A DNA stretch of 64,000 nt from Eledone cirrhosa (GCA_964016885.1 CAXHJY010001213.1:1-64000), one strand, 5' to 3'. Counted from the first letter of the stretch, positions 40,690-55,461 are shown. The notes: generated from the letters alone by a model not told the origin. Made by a program: numbers and translations.

Positions 40690-41575
40690 CCACCACCAGT
40701 CCTCTATAGAACTCTAATGTAGTATGCCCATTGACCGCAATGCCCAATTAGTAGACGGCTGTGTGCGCTTGACAAAATTCCTGATAGCAGGCACCCAATC
40801 TTGGTCTTTGCTTGATCTACGATTGCATCTCAGTCAAAGAGACAACTTACGGAAAGAGGTGCCTTACATACGACGACCACACCTGTTAACCGGTCAGACA
40901 ATAGGTAGTAGGTGACAGATGCGATGTACGCATTCGCCATCTGTGGCCGACCCTTCAGAGATAGCTTTCTCACTGCCCAATTTTGGATGCGCTTGGTCAC
41001 TCTGCTTGTTACCTTCAAGTTTCTATTCATTTGGAGGTCTGGATCAAACGAAACCCCGAACAATTTAACCGGCCCACCAGTCCATCGCCTGACGACGCTG
41101 TTGGAATGTATAGATTCGTTTCTCCAGGTACTGAGTCGTAGGCACAGATTTAGCCTAGTGAAATTTTATCCCTGTTAACGTTTCATATACCCTGAGAGCG
41201 TTGCCCATCACTGTAGTTGACGTCGTAGGTATACGCTGACACGGATCTCCCACAACTTAGTTCCCACAAGCTGCCTCTCAACGTCTCCAGTTTGTACAGT
41301 AGTGGTTCGAGAGCCAGCACATACAACAGGGACGAAAGGCAACAACCTTGGCGGACTAAGCGCATGATGTTGAACTCTGACCTCAGAGTAAATGTTGCTG
41401 TGCATATACGAAATCTCTCGTTCAGCCTCTCTCTGGCTATCTTTCCCTCTCTCACTATATATAGTCATTACCACACCAGAGGTCCGACGAGCTTTTGATT
41501 CCAGAGTCGGGCCAAATCGATACAGATTGAACCTTGAGCTGATCAACAGCGAAACACGCGTCACCACTCAATAAA
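40690..41575 (-). pseudogene. Decayed Tx1/L1-clade LINE RT fragment
   Basis: VRQGCCLSSLLYVLALEPLL, SAYTYDV (degenerate YADD), WAVRKLSLKGR. Broken across several frames. Confidence 0.75.
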
Positions 41576-41604
41576 TATAATGAAGACATAACAAATCGCC
41601 CTTT

Positions 41605-41672
<68 letters not shown>

Positions 41673-42456
41673 TATAAGATGTAGATTGAGGGATTTTTCG
41701 CTGCTATTGAGTGCACAATATATATTTATTGAATTAATATAAATATGTATATAGTTTAATTATATACTGGTGGTGCTATTAAGTTAGAGATGGCCTGGGC
41801 CAATACTGGCCGAAATCTATCAAAGTTATTAAAGTTATTATATTTATTTATGCATAATTGTTTTTATTAGGAATTCTAATATAAATTCAATTTAGTTATA
41901 AAGGGAAAACATATTCTGCTAATCTTTGCGTACACAGAAAAAAATATGAAGCAAAAGAAAAGAAAAAAGAAAACAAAGATTGTCTTGATATGTAACACAT
42001 CTAATAGGATCTGGTAAATCGATGGAAAATTGGCTGCTATTTCTAGCAAATAGAGCCACTACCCAAAGAGATGGTCATGAGAGCGCAGAGACTATCTTAT
42101 CTATTATGCATACAATCAATGACATCCATGTGTTTATATGGGTATCTGAGACTACATTGTTTAATGTGTGTCCTTCGTTGTTTGAAAACATAGCAGGAGG
42201 TAAATTTGGCTGCTATTTTTAGCAAAATCATAAAGAATCATGTCAGCAAAAAACAAAAAAAAAATTTCAAGGGAGGCAACTCTGATTAATATTTTCAGAA
42301 AAATTAGAAAAATTTTTCGGAGAATGCTAATTAACTGACGTCGCTATTGTGTCAATTTTACCAACTAATTTTCTATTTTTTGCATTTTTTATTTAAAATC
42401 TTTGAAGTTTTAGTTTATCAATGTTGCTGGGGGTTGTTTAAGATTACACCGCTATA

Positions 42457-42498
<42 letters not shown>

Positions 42499-43089
42499 TT
42501 TTAAGTATAAATGATGAAAATAGCTATTTACATATGAAGCAAGAACTGAAAAGACGCAGAGAGAATAAAAATTAAGGGGTAATCTGAAGAAATGATAGGG
42601 TATAAGACAAAATTACATTCAATCTGCCCCAGAGGATAAGTTGAAATCGATTCATCCAAATTACAGTAATTTGAAGACGATTTCAAGTTATCGGGGTGTT
42701 TGGTGTGGTGGGAGTAACATGGGTGTTGTGATTAAAGCATGTTTCATCAGAAATCACTACCCTCATGTCATATTTAGATTGACACCGGTAATTCCCGAAA
42801 TATTTATGGGAGGGGTAAATAGTTTTTTGTTGTCTATCTTAGCTTGTTGAATTCATAGAAGCTAACGTTAACATGTTTATTATATTCTTATGTCCACATT
42901 CACATGCAAACACATATAAATGTATGTGTGTGTGTGTTGATGAAGGACTAGCGTCCGAAACGTTAAGACACCTTCCTGCTATTTCAAGCGTTAACCTAAT
43001 ATATTCCTTTCATATACTGTACCGATTGTGTTGTTATTTCTGTTTACCTATTACACACACACACATATATATATATATATACATATATC

Positions 43090-43833
<744 letters not shown>

Positions 43834-44049
43834 TATTATGTATACTCCAGTCCTACAAACTGTAGAGTGCTTCTTATCCGATATCTGCATTGCTTTATTG
43901 TACTACAATAAAACTCACCTCCTACATATATATATATATGAAAAATATGGGTGAGAAGAATACTGCTGGTTGCACATGGATAACATGTTATAAAATGAGT
44001 CCCTCATCAGTGATTTACCAAACGATCATGGGTATTTCATCGCATTTAT

Positions 44050-44063
44050 ATATATATATATAT

Positions 44064-44108
<45 letters not shown>

Positions 44109-45665
44109 GGAAATAATTCCCATACATATGTTTTTCTATAATTCTGAAGAATATTTTAGAAAAAAAAAAAAAAAATAAATTGGGTAAATGCTGTGGCTGA
44201 TAATGCCTTTGAATTAATTTCTGTAAAAGATATTAATATAAAAAACAAACAAACAAATCTTATAGATTCTATTTTTTTGAAAATTATAGTTGTTTGGGGT
44301 TGTTTCAGACCACAACCCATACAATAAAGTCCTTGCTAGGTCTGACCCAGATGCGTTATGGTTAATAGTTTGTTCCAGGCTTGGCCAACAAACATGGAGT
44401 GGCTAATTTGATTCGTATCTCTTCAGTTCTTTTAGCAATACAGTTTGTTAAACGTATTATTTGTTTCCCATACGAATCTTCAGCAACCCTCCACCTGATC
44501 TTTTGTAATAGTCTTTTACATAGATTGAGCCTTTTACATTGAAGCTCCTATAGACTAACTTGGGATCCCATAGTGGCCGATGGCATCTTCTTTTTCCGTC
44601 TATTAAGGGTCTTCCCCCTATTTTATAAGCTACTTCATCGCATCTCTACGGATGAGAACACCATCCTTTACAATATTAATTCAATAAAAATTATATATTG
44701 GTTTTGGTTTAAATTAAAACGCAGAAAAATAATCATATATTATATTTGGCTTCAATGAAATAGAAACAGAAAAAGTCCAAGCAATGATACATAAATCCTT
44801 ACTGTTATACATTAGTTAATTGAAAGTACATTTAATTGTGAATAAAAAAATAAAAAAATTAACTTGATAACTTGGTAAGTCCTGGCGAAGATTCGTAACC
44901 GTCATTATTGATTTAATTATATTATTTTTTATTTAAAATAAAGTACCAGTAATGTACTGGGTAATTGCTGGTCTTGTGCCAATAGTAGAAGCAATTATTT
45001 TTTATTTAAAGGCGGTGGATTGGCAGTATTGGTAGAGCGTCGCACAACAAGCTTAGCGACATAGAGTTACGACCCTTTATGTTCTGAGTTCAAATCCCGC
45101 CGAGGTTAGTAGTGGGGTTGATTTAATCGACTTTCCCTCCCTTAAAATTGTTGGCCTTGTGTCTAAATAGAAACAATTATTTTTTATTTAAGTGCAATAA
45201 ATAAAATAATATACATAATTGTTTCTACTTTTGGCACAAGGCCAGCAATTATCTCCGTGCATTACCGTACTTTATTTTATCGATCCCGTAAGGATGAAAG
45301 GCAAAGTTAACCTCGAAGGGGACTTGAACTCAGATTGTAATTCTATGCTGCAAAGCATGGCGTCCGACCCTCTAACGATACTGCCAATAATAATAATTTG
45401 TTTTATTTCACAGAAAAAAATAATATATTTAAATGAATTTATAGATGAGATTTCAATACCTGTCGGGACCGAGGAAAGAATGAAATAATTAGTTTTAAAA
45501 TTTCAGCTGAGTAAAACTTTATATACAATTATTTTATTTAGATGAGGTGTCTCAAACATGTTGCCGGCAAACTACTTTTCTATGGCCCACAGCAGAACAA
45601 TTTTCGCGACAATTTAAGGAAAATGTTCAACGGAAAAATGTTCCCCCTATATATTATATTAATTC
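44050..45665 (+). repeat. Direct duplicate of ~31140-32745, including SINE pair
   Basis: Near-identical sequence. Confidence 0.9.
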
Positions 45666-47426
45666 AAGTATCTCACTTACTGACATGCATATTCATTTTG
45701 ATGAAAAATAAATGAAAGAATATATAAATAAATAACAGTCTATCAGCTGTGTGAAGGCACGTGGTCTTGTGGTAATCGTGATATCGTAGGTTCGATTCTT
45801 GAGCTGGGTTGTGTGTTGTGTTCTTCGCGTTGCTCCAGTGTACTCAGATGAAAACGAGTACCAGCAATAGCTGGGAGTTTAACTTTGCGATGGACTGGTG
45901 TCCTGCCCATGGTTGGGGCGGGGGGACTTGGACTCTCAGTCGCTTCACACTAGCAACGGCTCAACGTGCTGCTTGCAGCGTACGAGGGCAAGCATGCTAT
46001 CAGCTGTATTGTAGATTAACATTATAAAAGATGGAAATCACGCCCTACCCACCACCTAATTTCACTTTTCGTCAACAGTACCTCTTCCCCAGTCCTTAAA
46101 TTCCAAACCCCTGATTTAAATCTGAAAACTTGTCAAATCTAACTCTTACAATGTAAGGGAGTGGAAAATGAACAAGACATAAATTGACTGATTTCTTTTT
46201 GTGTCAGTCGACATTCAAACATTTGGTCTGTTCAATACCCGGAATGTCCTTTTCGTCTGTCAAATCGGGACGAAACCATCAAAAGCTGAGAAAGGAATCC
46301 TCCAGTCAAAAGGACTGATGGGTATCGTCAATTGTTCATTGTGGCAATATTCTCGCCATCTTGTCTGCTAGACACAGCTGAAATATGCCACCCGGCCATA
46401 CGTACATGGTTTCACCCCCCAACTCCACAGCCTTTTTTCCTCCCATTTATTTATTTATTTATCTATTTATTTATTTATTTAATTTTTTTTTTAGTTATTC
46501 ATAAATAACGATTTTGTATTTTTGCGAAAAACAAACAAAGAAAAAAAAAACAAAAAAAATAATTGAAAACTTAACATTTAAAATTTTCCATATTGTCATT
46601 ATGACGTCATAATGCTTATAACGTCTATAGAAGGTTATAAATAGATGTGATTTGAAATAATTAATCAGTCTACTGCCACGGGTAACCCGATATGGTTTGT
46701 AGTTGAGTCCGTCTTGAAGACTAGTGTGAAGTAGCAGTCATCTTCACCTTGTTTTCGACGTTTACCAGGCAGTCTTGGGTTCTTAAACACCCCCTGTAAC
46801 CTAGTTGCAAGGTGTACGGTACAGCCGCACGCGCTGTATGAACTCTTGACCAGGCTCTTCCAGGGCAGGAAACCTGGGGCTTCCGAGAAGACAAGAGATT
46901 TACTCTCGATACCAAAAAAATTCGAAAACTGGAGAAGACTGGTGAACACCAATACACAATGGCTCCCCTCGGGAGTGAAGGCCTTCGATAAGAAACGCAC
47001 ACACATGCATACATACACACACATTATTAATCTAGACATCGGTGAATATGTGTTGGAAATAGATTTTTTTCTAGCTCATATCTGCCGATGTCCAGATGAA
47101 AAATACAACTCATTTTTTATTTCTTTCAGATTCTATAAAGAGCGAATGATTCAAATGCAGCAGCAAAATGTTTGTTAATGGAATGAATAATGTTACGAAA
47201 AATTGTTTGTGTATATTGAATAAATGCATGTTTATGATATTCACTAGTTTGTTATATTTGTCATTGAAAAAATAGTAGAGAACTTTCGTTACAGCACTAT
47301 ATATATATATATATATATTAATATAGCGGCGATGAATTAGTTTATTAATTCTGGCAATATTACGCAAATATGACCCTCCCCAAGTATAACAATATATTAA
47401 TATATATATTATATATATATATATAT

Positions 47427-47600
47427 TGGCAGTATCGGTAGAGGGTCGGACGCCATGCTTTCCAGCATAGTTACGTCCCTTTACGATCTGAGTTCAAATC
47501 CCGCCGGGGTTGACTTTGCCTTTCATCCTTACGGGGGCGATAAAATAAAGTATCAGTAATGCACTGGGTAATTGCTTGCCTTGTGCCTAAAGTAGAAACA
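47427..47600 (+). mobile_element. Meta-type SINE
   Basis: TTGGCAGTATCGGTAGAGGG head, B-box, core and tail. Confidence 0.85.
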
Positions 47601-47716
47601 TATATATATATTTATATATATTTATATATATATTTATTTATATATATATATTTATATATATATATATATTTATTTATATATATATATTATTTATATATAT
47701 ATATTTATATTTATAT

Positions 47717-47940
47717 ATATTTATTAAAATAACAGATTAAAGTTTAAGCAAAGAATCGCTGCTTTTAACGGGATCTTCTGAAACTTTCAGAAGATCCCGT
47801 TAAGGGTGAAAGCAGCGATTCTTTGCTTAAACTTTAATCTGTTATTTTAATAAATATTTGCTCTACGGTTCTTATATATTTGATATATATTTTCCTTATC
47901 GAGCCCTCTTTGGATTTTTCAATTTTATTATTATTACTAT
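47717..47940. repeat. Fold-back with degenerate hammerhead (CAGAAGA core); relatives at 38684-38780 and 37878-37965
   Basis: Inverted repeat 47717-47857. The + strand reads AAACTTT-CAGAAGA-T CCC GTTAA GGG T-GAAA-GCAG..TTGC-TT-AAACTTT. Confidence 0.6.
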
Positions 47941-48045
47941 ATATTTATATATATATATATAACACTTCTATTCATCTGAATTATCAATATTATACAACAT
48001 TGCTTTATTGGTATTGATAATATATATATATATATATATATATGC

Positions 48046-48122
<77 letters not shown>

Positions 48123-48195
48123 CATATATACATACATACATACATATATACATATACATATACATATGTACATATACATATACACATATACATAT

Positions 48196-48246
<51 letters not shown>

Positions 48247-48829
48247 CAATACCAATAAAGCAATGTTGTATAATATTGATAATTCAGAAGAATAGAAGCT
48301 GAGATGTTGAACAGAAGTTGAAGTAATTCGCCACTCGAATAGCAAGACTAATTCCAGAAGTAAAAAGTGATATAAGAAATCAAATGTCTTCTATATATTT
48401 TAAACCGTTTATTTTAACTAAGAAAGATCGTTAACAACAGCAACAACAATACAAAGCGTTAGACTGGTTGGAATGCAACTAACATAGTAACAAAACGTTG
48501 GCTGGTTGTAATGGCGTTGTTTAACTTTCGAAAACTGAAATTTGTTTCGTTAGAAAAGTAATGTAAAATATTTCGTTGAGTATTTAAGAAAACAACCAGC
48601 TAGAAAACAAAATCTTTTCTAAACCTTGGACTTTATTTCAAAATCTACACTATATACGTCTTAGGGAAGAGGAACATCGGGCCAAAAGTGAGATTTCTAC
48701 CAGATATAAGGCTGATACAGCTGAAAGGCTGCTATTTATTTATTTATTCCCCATCAAAATAAGACGTGGGATATTTGAATTAGTACAAGATGTACACCGT
48801 AATAACTAGAATCCTAATTTGTTCCGCAC

Positions 48830-49320
48830 AAAAATACCGAAAGTTAGCCTTGTTTAAGATCGAAGATCCAAGGACCATCATTTTTATGTCCATGGTTCCT
48901 GCTGTTTTGTGCATCTTCATCCCTATCTTCAGAGAGAGGAACATTGTCCCCATTTAACAATTCTCCCTAGAATTGTATTTCAGTCCACCAGCAAATCTTG
49001 CCTCGTCTGTGCCAACTATCTTACTCCGTTGAAGATGAGAAACGATGGTTTCACACACCCCTCGGCACATATACCATACAGTTATCGTACTGGAAGACTT
49101 TCCTATTAGAGTCACTGCGGTATCCATAGGTATTTCCATTACAAAAAAGAACACCAGTTTTAAAATTTCGCACAAACTCAGATTGCAGTAATCTGTTGTT
49201 CATGTCTGTATAATCGGAAAATGAGTTTCTTTCCTTTTAAGGATAACGAAGTACAGGCCTGTATTCTCCACCCCTGTCGGGCCTTTGTTTTTCTTGCATG
49301 ACACTCCTGTATCCAGGAGA
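48830..49320 (-). pseudogene. Merlin (IS1595/ISXO2-like) transposase remnant
   Basis: Across frameshifts: CEILKLVFFF..WYMCRGVC..DEARFAG..KYN..LLNGDN...RNHG...GPWIF, resembling the Merlin DE..KYNRGR..WVFG pattern. Confidence 0.7.
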
Positions 49321-49321
49321 T

Positions 49322-49760
49322 TGTTGTCGTTCTTCTTGTTCGCCCACTTATTCTTGAGAGGGTGGTGGGGGCAGAGTCCACAAACACTCCTTCCAGCGAG
49401 TCCTGCCGCAAGCAGCCGTCTCCAACTGATCCGTCTGAATCCCCAAGCGAGACCAGCTGAGCTCTGAATGTTATCCAACCATCTTGTTCAGGGTCTACCC
49501 CTGGGTCTCCTGCCGGTTGGTTATGGTTATGCCTGTAAAATCTGTCCAGCGATTTTTTTCTAACCACATGCCCATATTATCGGAACTGTGATCTCTCAAA
49601 CTCTATCGAGTAACGTTACCGGAAAGACCCTTCGAAGGAAGCCCATTTCAGTCGCTTGTGTTTGCGATCGTATTCTTTCGAAATCATCATGACCATAGGT
49701 AAAGGTTTGCACGAATACCGAATTGAAGATAGCGAGTTTGGCTTTTTCACCCACTTACTT
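49322..49760 (-). pseudogene. Rex3/Expander-like RTE LINE 3' fragment
   Basis: Reverse complement encodes KAKLAIFNSVFVQTFTYGH..ERIRSQTQATEMGFLRRV..YGHVVRK..GRPRGRP..RWLDNI across frameshifts. Confidence 0.75.
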
Positions 49761-50483
49761 CTTCTTTTATTGAATGCTGAAGCTGGTGCATTAATTTTTT
49801 TAATTTTTTGTTAAAGCCAGTGTTGATTTATTGTTCCCAAACACATGTTTGAGTATTTTTCTATTGTTATTAAATATTGCAATGCAAAAGTACTCAGACA
49901 TGACAGCCGTAATAGGTAGCACCAACAATTACCACTACCATTACCAAGAGGAAGGCAACGACAGCAACAGTGACAATAACAACGACCCCGCATCTTGGGT
50001 GAAAGAAGGCATTCGAACCCCAGCAACCAGCCTGGCAGCCAAAATAGGTATCGGTATCCACTACCATTAACAAGAGGAAGGATACATCAGCAGCAGTGAC
50101 AATAACGACAACAACATATATGTCTATACACCAACATCTTACCAGCAACCACTACCACCACCATTAACAAGAGGAAGCCAACTCCAGCATCAGTGACAAT
50201 AACAACCTTTGGGTCATTCCACTGGGAACTACCCCCTGTTTTCTTTTTGTACATTCATCCATTCATTCATTTATTTATTTGCTAACTTTCTACTTTTGTG
50301 TGTGTCTTCCTCCATGCAACGCCCTTCTCTTTTATTTTGTCTTCTGTCGCCTCCATATCTGATGTAGGTGAGCTATGAAACCTCACTCATACCAACACTT
50401 TCCTTTCCACCCACATGCAATTGTGCCTAGCACCTAGGCTGTGACAACCAACCACTCACTCCTGACGCCACAACCCCTGCTCC

Positions 50484-50570
50484 ACCGGGGCTGTGGGGAG
50501 GCCAGTACGTGGGACCCCATTTGCTCACCATACGGATTAATAGGCAAAGTTATAAACTATTGTAAATAAA
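50484..50570 (+). mobile_element. Extreme 3' end of the CRE element
   Basis: ACGTGGGACCCCATTTGCTCACC..ATTAATAG..AAAGTTATAA matches the reverse complement of 36040-36120. Confidence 0.75.
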
Positions 50571-50644
50571 TAATTATTGTGGCTTGCTTTAAAAACAAAA
50601 AAAATACTACAAATAAAACCTTTATTTATATTAAAAAAATAATT

Positions 50645-50960
50645 AGGCACAAGGCCAGCAAATTTGGGGGGAAGGGCAAAGTAGATTAATTCAACCCCAG
50701 CACTTGACTGGTCCTTTATGTTATCAACCCCGGAAGGATGAAAGGTAAAGTTAAGTTTAGCGGGATTTGAACTCAGAATGTAAAGAGTCAGTAAAAAATC
50801 CTGAAATGGCCAAGACACGAGTTCTAAGTTTTAAACCGATGTTAAAGTGTCAGTAAAATTACTTATTAATGGTTCTCTATGTTCTGAGTTCAAATCCCAC
50901 CAAGGTCAACTTTGATTTTCATCCTTCCGGCGTTGATAAAATAAAATACCAGTCATGTAG
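50645..50960. mobile_element. Two older Meta-type SINE copies (50645-50790 -, 50876-50960 +)
   Basis: Core and B-box motifs. Confidence 0.7.
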
Positions 50961-51416
50961 TGTGGGATCGATATCATTTCTGGCGTTTTGTTTATGTTAG
51001 AAATGATTAACTTAACTTAACAATATTTCATGTTATATCGTATTTCTCAAGTATTAATCGCTTCTTTCTGGGCAATCATGCTTCCTTAATTTCTCGTAAC
51101 TGCTCAACCAAACAATCTTAAGGGTAGTTAGAAGATAACCGTTAAAGGCAGATCAGTGTATCTAATACCTGGTATTAAACTACGTTTAATGATTGTGTGC
51201 CACATAAAGTATAGAAAATGATTACCTGAATAATATTGTTTGTTAAAAAGATTTATATATATTTTTAAATGTAAAGACCGTGACAATCGACAATGAATAT
51301 TTATGGTGTTATTTGGTTACAAATTAGGATATTATATATATATATATGAATGTATGTATATACGTATGTTTGTATGTATGTATGTATGTATGTATGTATG
51401 TATGTATGTATGTATG

Positions 51417-51473
<57 letters not shown>

Positions 51474-51552
51474 GCGCATATGTATATATTTATCTTTCAT
51501 TCAAAATGATGATGATGAATGAATGATATATATACATTCATATGTATACATA

Positions 51553-51631
<79 letters not shown>

Positions 51632-51944
51632 TACGTGACATAGACACACACTCTGCACTCACATTGTGTATATATGTATGTGTATATATGTATATGTGTA
51701 AATGTGTGAGCTTGTGCAGGTCTAGGTTCGGTGATTTATGTGATGTTCTGATTTAGAGAATTGTATGTCATAGCTTTTCAGCTAATGATCCGGTGAGCTC
51801 ACGTTCTAGTCCGGCACTATTACATACTAGAATCTTTTTCAATACGTTCACAGGTATGTATATATGTGTATGCATGTGTGTATGTGCATATGTATATATT
51901 TATATGCATGAGTATATAAATATAAACGCGTAAACACAGACACA

Positions 51945-52470
51945 CTTACAAAAATACACTCCCAGACATACATTCACACAAACACACATACATTCACACA
52001 AACACACACATACATTTACACAAACACACACATACACATAACACTCACACACAGCGTAGATTTTTTTCGCCATCTCCTTTTTACACACGCATACATTCAC
52101 ACAAACACACAGACACAAACACATACATTTACACTAACACACACATACACATAACACTCACACAGCGTAGATTTTTTTCCCCATCTCCTTCTTTTTACAC
52201 ACGCATACATTCACACAAACACACATACATTCACACAAACACACACACACACACATACACAAACACATACATTTACACAAACACACACATACACATAACA
52301 CTCACACACAGCGTAGATTTTTTTCCCCATCTCCTTTTTACACACACATACATTCACACAAACACACACATACACACAGACACAAACACATACATTTACA
52401 CAAACACACATACACATAACACTCACACAGCGTAAATATTTTTCCCCATCTCCTTCTTTTTACACACACA
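51945..52470. repeat. CA-rich minisatellite, four ~110-150 bp units
   Basis: Recurring ACACATAACACTCACACAGCGTAGATTTTTT..CCATCTCCTT. Confidence 0.85.
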
Positions 52471-53254
52471 CACATTCAGACAGGCAGCACACGTAAAGGG
52501 AGTAGTAGTATGAGGTAGTCAAGCTACTCCTCTTTCTTTACGTATTGTGACAGAATGAGTACCAGCAGCAACTGGGATTGGCCTTGTGATGGACTGGAGT
52601 TTCGTCTTATGTTATACACTCGATTAATGTCACATAAAACCAGAATAAGCTCCGACCTGAAGATCTTCATGGCCCAGGGCAGATTTTATATTTAAATATT
52701 TTTTTCTCGCCAGAATCGATAAAATAAATTCTTAAGCTAAAGCCGAAGCCTTCACGTGTTTACCTGACCTGCTAGAAATAGCATCTGAATCTCTTATAAT
52801 AAGTGGGAAGAACACATTAGATATACGTATGTTTGACAGAAGATGCAGTGATCACTGGTGGAAAGCCTTTATGGAGTCGTAGGGCCACCGTCGTGACACA
52901 CGGTGCATCTCGGATATTTTAGACCTGGCAGAATTCATCTCTCTCTAGTTCGGAAGACAGCCGAGGTTTTCCAGAGAAAGAAAGAAAGAAAGACAGAGAG
53001 AGAGGGAGAAAGAGAAAGTTTCTGTTATGAAAAATCGGGTAAACTCTTCTATTTCAATGGGAACTAACATAATTAATGTGGTGCGCCTCTTGACAAGAAA
53101 GGAAAGAAGGGCAAGGAAGACAATTCTGTCATTCTAATTTACCCCCACCTCCGCCGTATTGACATACGGCGTTTCTTGGGCATTTTAAGCCTGGCGGAGT
53201 CCATCCCTCTCCAAGCCTAAGTACAGTAGATTTCTTCCAGAAAGAAGAAGAACC

Positions 53255-53728
53255 GACCCCAGTACTAGACACGTACTTTTTTTATCGACCTCGAAAGGAT
53301 GAAAGGCAAAGTTGACGTTGGCGGGATTTGATCTCAGAGAGCAGAGAACCGGAACGAATGCCATAACGCATTTTATCCGACGTTCTAACAACTCTGCCAA
53401 AACGCCGCCGTCATTCTAACTTACCAAAAATTTAAATGGTGATAGGTACTGGGGAATTAATGAGTCTTCTTGGTATGTTGAAATATCAACTAGCGACACT
53501 CTCAAGAGTCCGAAAGCGTATACAAGTTACCACTAGTATTCTGTGTAAAATTAATCAGCATGGAGTTACGGCCCTTTACCGTCTTAGTTCAAATCCCGCT
53601 GAGGTTAACTTTGCCTTTCATCCTTACGGGGTCGATAAAATAAAGCACCAGTAACGTACTGTGGTGGTCGATTTAATCGACTTTCCCCTCCCCTCAAATT
53701 ACTGGCCTTGTGCCTATACTAGAAATCA
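53255..53728. mobile_element. Two Meta-type SINE copies (53255-53405 -, 53565-53728 +)
   Basis: Core, B-box and tail motifs. Confidence 0.75.
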
Positions 53729-54267
53729 TTCTATGTAAAATTTATTAAAAAAAAAAAGAAATGTCACACGAGACTTAGGTTTTCTATTCTGCTTAGTTAA
53801 TCAAATAACTAAAACAATATAATTTTTACAAACAATAGTATTTAGTTACTAAGAACAACATCCAACAAATCACTTGCATAAATAAGAAGGTAGTAAACTA
53901 AGCCACACACACACACACACATATATATATATACACATACACACGTGTATAAATGGTTTTGTTATGCATAAATCTCTTGTTTTATGTGTTTTATGATATA
54001 TGTATATGTATATGTACATGTATATGTATATATGTAATGTGTATGTATGTACATATATATATATATATATGTATGTACATGTATATATATATATATATGT
54101 ATATATATGTATATATATATATGTATATATATGTATATATATATATACATATACATACATATATACACACACATATAAACGGATGAAAAACCCCAAAGCA
54201 CGAACTTCATTCGTTCCCATGTCGATTCAATTTGGATTGCCTCGGAAACAACCTTATTATGTAACAA

Positions 54268-54341
54268 GCTGTCTGATGATGTCACGACACTCGCACACAG
54301 AACAGTGTGGCCAGTGTCGTCATTGAAATATATATCACAGC
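54268..54341 (+). ncRNA. Type I hammerhead ribozyme (family E) in a ~300-bp island (54176-54470) between (TA)n tracts
   Basis: Stem I GCTGT/ACAGC. CTGATGA at 54273. Stem II ACGACACT/AGTGTCGT plus CACAC/GTGTG. GAAA at 54325. Palindromic stem III ATATATAT. AUC triplet. Confidence 0.78.
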
Positions 54342-54466
54342 ATTATTATTAAAGGACTTGAACATCTGAAACTACTTCGCTTTTACTTATTCGATATTTA
54401 CTCCGTCACTCCTATGTGGAAAAAGTGCGTTGAGTGCTTGAATTGAATTGCATCAATGTTTACCCT

Positions 54467-54522
<56 letters not shown>

Positions 54523-54530
<8 letters not shown>

Positions 54531-55175
54531 GAAAAGTATAGAAATTGTTGTAGCGAGAAGCTAACAGTATTCCATAACATATATGTGACTATAGCGTCAA
54601 AATGGGAAAATAGTTAACATAAGATATGGGAAAAATAATTCAGACTCAATTCAAAAGGAATCAGGATATAGATTTATCCAACAGAATTTAGAGAAATCCA
54701 GGGAAAAATCAATAAAGCCTTAACTCATGATAAAACAAAGTCTAAAGTACTCAACCTTCAATTTGGGACAACTTCAAATGCTCTGTATAGTCTTGAAAAG
54801 ACTATTTCACGAAAACTTTCAGTGGAGATGGTCACGGTTGGATTTCGTTCCTCAGCAGAGCTCAACATGGTAACCAAGGTCTCACTGGTAATATGCCAAA
54901 AAGGGAATTTAAAAGCAGGCTAGTTTAACATCATGCGTGGTTATTAAAATAAACGCACATGTGTAAAAACAAGGCTGGAGACGTCAGAATGAGACAAATG
55001 TTTGTTTACATGAAACAACAGTCAAAAACATTCCGAAAGAAAACTCTACAAAAGGAGTTCAGCAAAAAGCAATATCATCGCGGTTTTTTTCCCCAAAAAA
55101 ATACCGCGATTAGTCACAAATAATTTAAGCACTCTAAGAAATAAATCCGAGTATATATATATATATAAATGAAAA

Positions 55176-55180
<5 letters not shown>
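54523..55180 (-). mobile_element. 640-bp retrozyme-like monomer with terminal redundancy (family F)
   Basis: ATATAAATGAAAAGTATA occurs at both ends (54523 and 55163). It contains a canonical HHR and is flanked by (TA)n. Confidence 0.75.
54780..54861 (-). ncRNA. Canonical monomeric type I hammerhead ribozyme (family F)
   Basis: Reverse complement reads GCTCTG-CTGAGGA-ACGAAA(28 nt)TTTCGT-GAAA-TAGTCT TTTCA AGACTA-TA-CAGAGC. All three stems pair perfectly. Confidence 0.9.
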
Positions 55181-55244
<64 letters not shown>

Positions 55245-55461
55245 ATCAAAAGATGGTTAAAAGAGTTCCATGTATTTTATTATGCGCATTTCAAAAACAA
55301 ATATCATCATGCAATAATATTTGTGTTTTCATCAGATAAAATAGGAAGACATGATATGAAGGTTAAAAAACACTTGTGAATAGTGCAGTTTTAAATCAAC
55401 ATATCAGTTTTAAATCAACATATTTGCATTGCTTTATTGTACTACAATAAAACTCACCTCC

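Larger units (their letters stand above)
46095..48608 (-). repeat. Inverted duplicate of ~38310-40035 with additional SINE and fold-back insertions
   Basis: See the 38310 entry. Confidence 0.85.

Noticed and set aside
43995-44045. Minus-strand GAAA...CTGATGA as a type II hammerhead
   Set aside because: No NUH triplet or stem I in register.
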